Notes under the pieces: model-generated
The model's database searches: none
What the model was told of the DNA's origin: nothing
What the model saw: the letters and a program-made list of their open reading frames with translations, nothing else
Made by a program: the position numbers and the translations under genes
NCBI GenBank assembly: GCA_964600595.1
Contig: CAZRKL010000002.1
Coordinates: 3,111 to 52,750 of the forward strand
Origin: an uncultured Leptolinea sp.
Lineage (GTDB): Bacteria > Chloroflexota > Anaerolineae > Anaerolineales > Anaerolineaceae
Length of the DNA: 49,640 nucleotides
Direction: 5' to 3'
Part shown: positions 43,876 to 49,640 of the stretch, piece by piece
How the letters are laid out: each line of letters opens with the position of its first letter
Position numbering within the stretch: the first letter of the stretch is position 1

Positions 43876-44666
43876 ACTTGTGCCTTTCCTTTCTCTGCGC
43901 CAGCAGCTTTCGCAGCTACGGATGGAGGCAGGAACGCGTACAGTTTTTCACGAACGATCCGCGGATTTTCACCAGCCTGCAAGGATAATATCCCTTCCAA
44001 CAGCAGACTGCGGTACGCTGCTTCATGCGTATCCTTGGTCTTTAATTTTCCGCCCATAGGCAGATAAATCAGGTTGGATGAAAGCAAACCCCACAGGGTG
44101 GCCAGGAAGGCAGCAGCGATGGACATTGCAAGTTTGGCGGGATTATCCAGTTCTTTCAAAACTGAAATCAATCCCATGACGGTTCCGATAATACCAAAGG
44201 TTGGAGCAAAACCACCGGCAGCGTTGAATAAACCGTAATTAGCCGCGTGCCGCTCTTGCATATGATGGATTTGCGTCTCTAAGATTGCTTTTACCTGCGC
44301 GGGATCAACACCATCGACCACCAGCATAATTCCCTTCTGCAGGAATGGATCTTTTATCTTTTTGCTTTCTTCTTCCAGAGCCAGCAAACCTTCACGCCTG
44401 GCTTTGTCTGCCATCCGTGCCAGGGTTTCTATGGCTTCTTCTTCATTGAAATGTGTCTCTTTGAACGCGACACCAATTAATTTGGGGATCAGGAGGAAAT
44501 GCTTCAAGGATGTTGTTATGAAAACAGCCATCAATGAGCCGCCCATTGTTAAGATGATAGCAGCCGGATGCGTAACCAATTCAACCGGTGAGCCGCCATC
44601 CATGATCATAACAACGACGACAATTAGTACTGCACCGATAAGGCCTAAAATGGTCGCTAAATCCAT
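43872..44666 (-). CDS. motA: flagellar stator protein MotA
   Basis: Four-TM MotA/TolQ/ExbB-type protein (FAPTFGIIGTVMGLISVL...AAAFLATLWGLLSSNLIYLP). ATGA overlap with motB. Confidence 0.9.
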   Translation of the reverse strand: MDLATILGLIGAVLIVVVVMIMDGGSPVELVTHPAAIILTMGGSLMAVFITTSLKHFLLIPKLIGVAFKETHFNEEEAIETLARMADKARREGLLALEEESKKIKDPFLQKGIMLVVDGVDPAQVKAILETQIHHMQERHAANYGLFNAAGGFAPTFGIIGTVMGLISVLKELDNPAKLAMSIAAAFLATLWGLLSSNLIYLPMGGKLKTKDTHEAAYRSLLLEGILSLQAGENPRIVREKLYAFLPPSVAAKAAGAEKGKAQV

Positions 44667-44669
44667 TAA

Positions 44670-44894
44670 TTATTCTCCAGATACAGAATTACTCGCAGAG
44701 TAAATAAGTGGGGAAGAATAAACCTTCTTCCGGTATTCAATAATTCGATCCACCACTTCAGCAGCGGTTTCGTGGACAATGACCTTCACATTCGTAGTGA
44801 GAGAAATAATCGTATCCGGGGTTGATTCCACAATTTGGATCAACTCCGCGTTTACAAAGAACTGCGTCCCATTTAGTCTCGTAACTTGAATCAC
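44670..44894 (-). CDS. flbD: flagellar protein FlbD
   Basis: VIQVTRLNGTQFFVNAELIQIVESTPDTIISLTTNVKVIVHETAAEVVDRIIEYRKKV. GTG 44894 follows GAGGT; the track start is 44912. Confidence 0.8.
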   Translation of the reverse strand: MIQVTRLNGTQFFVNAELIQIVESTPDTIISLTTNVKVIVHETAAEVVDRIIEYRKKVYSSPLIYSASNSVSGE

Positions 44895-44948
44895 GCCAGC
44901 TACCTCACACAATACGGAAAGGTTTCCTCAGAAGTCCAGCAAAAGGAT

Positions 44949-44976
44949 AGCATAGGCGGTAACTGGTCGATGTAAA
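44949..44976 (-). promoter_or_regulatory. candidate sigma-70-type promoter for the flbD-motAB-fliLMNOPQ operon
   Basis: Minus strand TTTACA-N16-TATGCT with an AT-rich upstream tract. Sequence-only guess. Confidence 0.3.
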
Positions 44977-45104
44977 ACATCCGTGAAAGCGGGATAAAGG
45001 GGAAATAAAAAAATCGAATCACTGAACTTGCTTTTTTTATTTTGTTAACATATTATTAAAGAACTTAATAATGTGCGCTTAATTATTCTGTAGATGGGGT
45101 TGCG

Positions 45105-45908
45105 ATGAAACCAACAAATATCCTGGTTATTGAAGATGATGAAATTGTCTCGAGAACAATCGAAAGATGCTTACGTGGCGATGAATTTCATGTTGGCATA
45201 GCAAACACCGGGGTGGATGGTTTACAGAAAGCACGCAGGCAGGTTCCTGATCTGATTATTTTGGACGTGATTATGCCCGGTATGGATGGTTATGCTGTCT
45301 GCCGGGAGGTGCGTGCAGATCCTTTACTCAAAGACATCCCCATTTTATTCCTGACCGCAAAGGCGAAAGACGAAGATAAAATCACCGGCTTCACCGCCGG
45401 CGCAGATGATTACCTTAGCAAACCTTTTAATCTGGATGAATTGACTTTGCGGGTGAGGGCGATTCTCCGTCGAACGAAGAGCCAGGCAAGGATGAAAGCG
45501 GATGAAGCAACCAAACCTTTCAACCTGAGCGGCATATTTTCTAAAGGAAAAACTACCACAAAAGAGACTGTCGAAGAGCCGGTGCAGAAATCATCTCGAA
45601 CAATTACCATTCGTGGTTTTACACTTGATACACAAACATACGAACTGACCACCAACCAAAACACAAAAATACGGCTTACCCCAGTTCAATTTGATCTGCT
45701 CTACCACTTGATGAGTCACCCTGAGGTGATATTCTCGCCCGGTAGATTGCTTGATGAAGTGTGGGACTATCCTACGGATGCCGGAAGCCCTGACCTTGTG
45801 AGAGTTCACATAAAAAATCTTCGCGAGCGTATTGAAACCGATCCGCATAATCCAAAATTCCTCGAGACAGTTCCCGGGTACGGGTACACCATCCGCGCTG
45901 AAGATTAA
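45105..45908 (+). CDS. OmpR/PhoB-family response regulator with a long inter-domain linker
   Basis: Receiver domain (ILVIEDDE...LIILDVIMPGMDG...LTAK...YLSKPF), a ~50-aa linker, and a winged helix (LTPVQFDLLYHLMSHPEVIFS...VHIKNLRERIE...ETVPGYGY). Confidence 0.85.
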   Translation: MKPTNILVIEDDEIVSRTIERCLRGDEFHVGIANTGVDGLQKARRQVPDLIILDVIMPGMDGYAVCREVRADPLLKDIPILFLTAKAKDEDKITGFTAGADDYLSKPFNLDELTLRVRAILRRTKSQARMKADEATKPFNLSGIFSKGKTTTKETVEEPVQKSSRTITIRGFTLDTQTYELTTNQNTKIRLTPVQFDLLYHLMSHPEVIFSPGRLLDEVWDYPTDAGSPDLVRVHIKNLRERIETDPHNPKFLETVPGYGYTIRAED

Positions 45909-46000
45909 ATGCGGTTTTGGGTAAACATTACCCGGAACGACTTCCGGGTATGCATATTGCACACCAATTGACTAACCTTGTCATGTACTGGTGCAAATAA

Positions 46001-47638
46001 ATGCCACATCATAAAGAACAAACCAATCCCCGTTTACGCGAGATTATATCAGCTTTACAAACGCTTTCTGGCTCCATGAGCCAGGAAACCGATTTAAACA
46101 AAATTCACCTTCAATACGCACGTCTGGTAAAACGTTTATTAAACTGCGAAATGGTTGCCTTGCTTTTGGTCGATAGCGATGATAAAAGGATCCTTCTTCG
46201 TAAAATTTTACTAAGTGATGGCGATTGGTCTTTTGTGGATAGTCACCAAATTGATTTGCCCGCTCTGCAGGGGTTATTTGTCAATGAAAGGATTTTGCAA
46301 TTCACATATAGAACGCAGATAATGGAGGATTTTCCATATCTGGATGTTGCCAAAGATCAGCCGTTTTTAAATAACATTTATGTATCCATTCAACCGGCTG
46401 AAAAATTGAGTGGAATTATCCAGGCAGTAAATTGCAAACCTTTCCCGCTTGATGACATAAAAACAGACCTATTGATGTTAATATGCAATTCATTTGCTAG
46501 TTCTCTGGCATCTTACTCGGCAATCAGACAGCTGAAAGTCGATAATGCAAATCTGGAAGCATGGCGGTGGGAGCTTCTTCAATCACGCAACACATTACGC
46601 GCCATGTTCGACAGCATCCCCACTTCTATTTATATTATTGATACGCGTTACAGAATCGTTGCTGTGAATGCGAGCAGATCAGAACGCGCCGGGAAAAAGC
46701 CTAATTTTCTGGTTGGACAAGTATGTTACGAGGCGCTTTATGGTCGAACCCAACCCTGCCAGGGCTGCCGGGTGAGTGATACCTTTTTATCGGGAAGAAA
46801 TACCACCCGAACCGACCGGCAATGGATCGACAACGAACAGATATCTGACTGGGAAATCACTACCTACGCGATATTAAATGAAACAGATATCCCGGTACAG
46901 GTCATTATTAATGAACAGGATGTCACTGTTGAGAAGCGGCTTGAGACCAATCTGATCCAATCGGAGAAGCTGGCAGCTGTCGGTCAATTGGCAGCCGGAG
47001 TGGCACATGAAATTAACAATCCGCTATCAGCTGTTATTGCCAATGCTCAATTACTTCGCCGCGACTTACCAGAAGACGCTTCAGATGCGCTTGAATCAGT
47101 GGAGTTAATTGAGACTGCCGGATTACGGGCATCTCAGGTCGTCCGCAACTTGCTGGGGTTTGCCCGCAAAGAGCAATATGAATTCTTGATGGTTGATTTA
47201 AATGAGACAATTCTGAATGCCCTGTCATTGGTGAAACATGAACTGGTCACGAGGAATGTTGAAGTGACAACAGACCTGGCAAACGACATACCTATGATAA
47301 AAGCCAGTCGCGACCATCTCCAAAGCGTGTGGATAAATATGATCTTGAACGCGCTTGACTCGATGGAAAAAAAGGATGGGATGATTTCAATCGTGTCTGC
47401 TAACAAGAACAAAGAGTTCCGTGTATCCATTGCAGATAATGGTAGTGGCATCCCGGCAGATAAGGTGTCACGGATTTTTGAACCATTCTTTACCACCAAA
47501 GCTCCCGGAAGAGGAACCGGTTTAGGTCTCTCAGTATGTCATCGAATAGTGAAGCAACACGGCGGGTATATCCAGGTGGATAGCCTGGTGGGAAGTGGAA
47601 CAAAGTTCACAATCATCATTCCTGAGACAACACCATAA
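46001..47638 (+). CDS. cytoplasmic GAF/PAS sensor histidine kinase
   Basis: No TM segment seen. GAF-like N-terminus. PAS region with [16 protein letters not shown]-box [15 protein letters not shown]1 and G2 boxes (NALDS...DNGSGI...GTGLGLS). Confidence 0.85.
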   Translation: MPHHKEQTNPRLREIISALQTLSGSMSQETDLNKIHLQYARLVKRLLNCEMVALLLVDSDDKRILLRKILLSDGDWSFVDSHQIDLPALQGLFVNERILQFTYRTQIMEDFPYLDVAKDQPFLNNIYVSIQPAEKLSGIIQAVNCKPFPLDDIKTDLLMLICNSFASSLASYSAIRQLKVDNANLEAWRWELLQSRNTLRAMFDSIPTSIYIIDTRYRIVAVNASRSERAGKKPNFLVGQVCYEALYGRTQPCQGCRVSDTFLSGRNTTRTDRQWIDNEQISDWEITTYAILNETDIPVQVIINEQDVTVEKRLETNLIQSEKLAAVGQLAAGVAHEINNPLSAVIANAQLLRRDLPEDASDALESVELIETAGLRASQVVRNLLGFARKEQYEFLMVDLNETILNALSLVKHELVTRNVEVTTDLANDIPMIKASRDHLQSVWINMILNALDSMEKKDGMISIVSANKNKEFRVSIADNGSGIPADKVSRIFEPFFTTKAPGRGTGLGLSVCHRIVKQHGGYIQVDSLVGSGTKFTIIIPETTP

Positions 47639-47663
47639 AACAAATAGTTCAAACTATCAGTTC

Positions 47664-48479
47664 TTATTTCGCCAATCGAAAACCTAAAGCTGGCGAAATA
47701 TAATCCTGCAATACCCCTTCACGGCTTGAGCAGCGCGCGAGTGCCCGGCTATAGTACCATGCGCCACCACGTACAACCACTTTCTGGTTAGGCGATCCCA
47801 TTCCTTCTCTGCCGTCATCCGCTTTATAAGGATATGGCATCAGGAATGATCTGGTCCATTCCCACACATTGCCAACCATGTCGGCAACTTCAAAAACACT
47901 ATCCCCCCCGGGCGAGTATGATCCTACCGGTGTAGTCAGTTTCTTGCCGCTTTCTACAGTGTTACAGCGCCAGGGATCAAAGTTGTCTCCCCATGGATAA
48001 ATTCGAGATTCTGGTCCTCTTGCCGCTTTTTCCCACTCCGCTTCACTTGGCAGCCTGTATCGAGACCCTGATGATTTATTCAACCATTGAATATATGCTT
48101 CAGCATCCATTCTTGATACACCTGTCACTGGATGTGTCTCAAGACCTTCTGGGAATTTAAAACCTGTCCAATTTTTTGGGACCTTGTAACCCGTATTGAA
48201 AATAAATACATAGTATTCAGCATTGGTGACAGGGTATCTGGCGATTTGATACGTGTTAAGGGTTACCTGATGAGCAGGCAATTCGGCCATAAACAGATCC
48301 GAATTATGCCATTCACTTGCCCAGTCTTCCTTATCAAGTAAAGTCTGGATATGCTGGTCAGAAGTACCCATCCAGAATGAGCCTGCAGGGATTGTAATCA
48401 TTTCCGGTAGTTTAGCCGGTAATCCCTGGTTTTCATCATCCGCCTGATCAAAATCTGCCAGTTTTCCGCCGAGTGACAT
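47664..48479 (-). CDS. formylglycine-generating-enzyme (SUMF1/FGE-sulfatase) domain protein
   Basis: MITIPAGSFWMG...YQIARYPVTNAEY...YRLPSEAEWEKAARG...GNVWEWT...VVRGGAWY...GFRL. ATG 48479 lies 3 nt after the upstream stop. Confidence 0.8.
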   Translation of the reverse strand: MSLGGKLADFDQADDENQGLPAKLPEMITIPAGSFWMGTSDQHIQTLLDKEDWASEWHNSDLFMAELPAHQVTLNTYQIARYPVTNAEYYVFIFNTGYKVPKNWTGFKFPEGLETHPVTGVSRMDAEAYIQWLNKSSGSRYRLPSEAEWEKAARGPESRIYPWGDNFDPWRCNTVESGKKLTTPVGSYSPGGDSVFEVADMVGNVWEWTRSFLMPYPYKADDGREGMGSPNQKVVVRGGAWYYSRALARCSSREGVLQDYISPALGFRLAK

Positions 48480-48481
48480 TT

Positions 48482-49555
48482 TTATTTCACTCCATCCCAA
48501 ATTTTTGTATGAAATTGGATGCATGTGGAGATGAGGCGATCAAAATTTTCTTCAAGCCCTTGTCCCAATGCAAATAAATATGAGTCGTTTGTATCTTTGC
48601 GATAATTATCAACATGTTCGATCAGATCTTCAAGTACTTTTTGCCACGATGTCTGATGGTTTGGCACCAGCCAACCGTAGGATCGCTGATCAAATAAGGA
48701 TATAGATTCACTGCCCGCCCATGGGATTTTCATAGCCATGAATTCGAGGACAGCTTCCCTGCCCAGTCGGTCATCAACTTCACCCGATCGGGGAAGTAAT
48801 CCGATATCAATGGAGGGCAAAACTGATTGCCACTGATCCTTTTCAATACCAGGCAGGAAAAACTTGCGCTCACCATTCGCTTTAATCTGATATGCCTGGT
48901 GGGGATGATCTCCAAAAACAATCACCCTGATTCCCTGATTCTGATGAAGGACCTTTTCCAGAGCTGGGCGCAAACCCGTTTCGGTCAGTTTGTTAATTCC
49001 TCCACTGGCTATGTTAATACCAAGTATTAACCCAGTATGCGATTCATAAGGATGGATGAGGTACTTGTCCAACTCGAGCATGTCTGGCAAATACTTCATC
49101 TCAAGAATCCCCTTCCAGTCTTCCACGATCAGTTTAGAATTAGAATATCCGCTCTCTACTAATTTGAGTGACCAAATAAATTCATTGTCATCCACCTCGA
49201 CAGGCTGGGTCTTTTCTGCAGGCAATGTAGTTGTTAGTTCCAAACCAATCTGGTACTTATGCTTTTCCGAATCATAGATAATAGGCACGCTAAGGTCGGC
49301 GATGAGCGTCTTATCTCTCGCCTTCCAGTGCTGAATCGCTTTTTGTCCAAAAGGCAAGACGGCAGCGTGAATAATGATAATATCCGCATCATTGCAGGCT
49401 TGGATCGATTCCTGCGAATTTTGAATAAATAAGTCACCATCCAGAATATCAATTCCAACCTGGTGATGTTTGTGCATAATCATCTGTAATGCCGTGCATT
49501 TCTGGTGCACTAAAGGATATTTTTGGGGGCTTGGGAAAACAAATAATATTTTCAT
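48482..49555 (-). CDS. hypothetical protein, possibly a GT-B-fold glycosyltransferase-like protein
   Basis: 357-aa ORF. The only family hint is the weak C-terminal pattern VLEFMAMKIPWAGSE, which resembles the GT1 E-x7-E region. Confidence 0.4.
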   Translation of the reverse strand: MKILFVFPSPQKYPLVHQKCTALQMIMHKHHQVGIDILDGDLFIQNSQESIQACNDADIIIIHAAVLPFGQKAIQHWKARDKTLIADLSVPIIYDSEKHKYQIGLELTTTLPAEKTQPVEVDDNEFIWSLKLVESGYSNSKLIVEDWKGILEMKYLPDMLELDKYLIHPYESHTGLILGINIASGGINKLTETGLRPALEKVLHQNQGIRVIVFGDHPHQAYQIKANGERKFFLPGIEKDQWQSVLPSIDIGLLPRSGEVDDRLGREAVLEFMAMKIPWAGSESISLFDQRSYGWLVPNHQTSWQKVLEDLIEHVDNYRKDTNDSYLFALGQGLEENFDRLISTCIQFHTKIWDGVK

Positions 49556-49640
49556 TCAATCTCCGGGTGAAGATGATTGCTTTCCTTCGCTCTGGTAGAT
49601 CCCGCAGTCCAGGGATTTTGCATAATTTCCAGCAAGGCTC
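49556..49640 (-). CDS. 3' end of an unidentified upstream gene (partial, runs off the window)
   Basis: The open minus-strand frame ...SLAGNYAKSLDCGIYQSEGKQSSSPGD ends in a TGA that directly abuts the next ATG (TGAATG). Too short to identify. Confidence 0.25.
   Translation of the reverse strand, partial: SLAGNYAKSLDCGIYQSEGKQSSSPGD

Noticed and set aside
47639-47663. atagtt-ca-aactat hairpin between the convergent kinase and FGE genes.
   Set aside because: A 6-bp AT-rich stem with a 2-nt loop is too weak to call a terminator.
1-49640. Search for mobile elements, integrases, toxin-antitoxin pairs, CRISPR arrays, tRNA/rRNA genes or known defence-system signatures.
   Set aside because: No ORF has transposase, integrase, nuclease-NTPase or Cas-like motifs. 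There are no direct repeat arrays, and no intergenic region has tRNA-like structure. The DinG fusion has ordinary housekeeping architecture and no defence-type partner genes.

Overview
About 36 kb of this window (9.1-44.9 kb) is a nearly complete flagellar/motility regulon, arranged as two converging gene blocks.

**Plus-strand block:** fliC-fliD-flaG-fliS; then flgC-fliE-fliF-fliG-fliH-fliI-fliJ-SLT-flgB-fliK-flgD-X-flgE; then a fliK-like gene, a stand-alone FlhB C-terminal-domain gene and a PilZ gene.

**Minus-strand block:** flbD-motA-motB-fliL-fliM-fliN-fliO-fliP-fliQ-HDOD-REC-fliR-flhB-flhA-flhF-X-fliA-X-flgF-flgG-flgM-flgN-flgK-flgL-csrA.

**Missing from the window:** L/P-ring genes (flgH, flgI, flgA), chemotaxis genes, flhG and fliW. 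The gene content matches a monoderm-type (Firmicutes- or Chloroflexota-like) flagellum, but taxonomy cannot be settled from the sequence alone.

**Left flank:**
- 3' end of fhs
- a GNAT acetyltransferase
- a DnaQ-exonuclease/DinG-helicase fusion
- a secreted VIT-vWA protein
- a TPR protein
- a TPR-GT2-TPR glycosyltransferase transcribed divergently from the flagellin gene

**Right flank:**
- an OmpR-type response regulator with a cytoplasmic GAF/PAS histidine kinase
- an FGE/SUMF1-domain protein
- a GT-B-like hypothetical protein

I saw no rRNA, tRNA, CRISPR array, transposase/integrase or recognisable defence system.

**Most unusual points:**
1. A ~90-aa module is shared by FliD and FlgK, with a weaker copy in flagellin.
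2. An HDOD gene and a receiver gene sit between fliQ and fliR.
3. A second FliK-like gene, an FlhB-CC-like gene and a PilZ gene follow flgE.
4. csrA has a long tail and no adjacent fliW, and the fliC leader carries a GGA hairpin plus a GGA in the SD.
5. flhF is followed by a small membrane protein where flhG normally sits.
6. flgB is displaced from flgC.

All homology calls rest on motif recognition by eye. No database search was possible.
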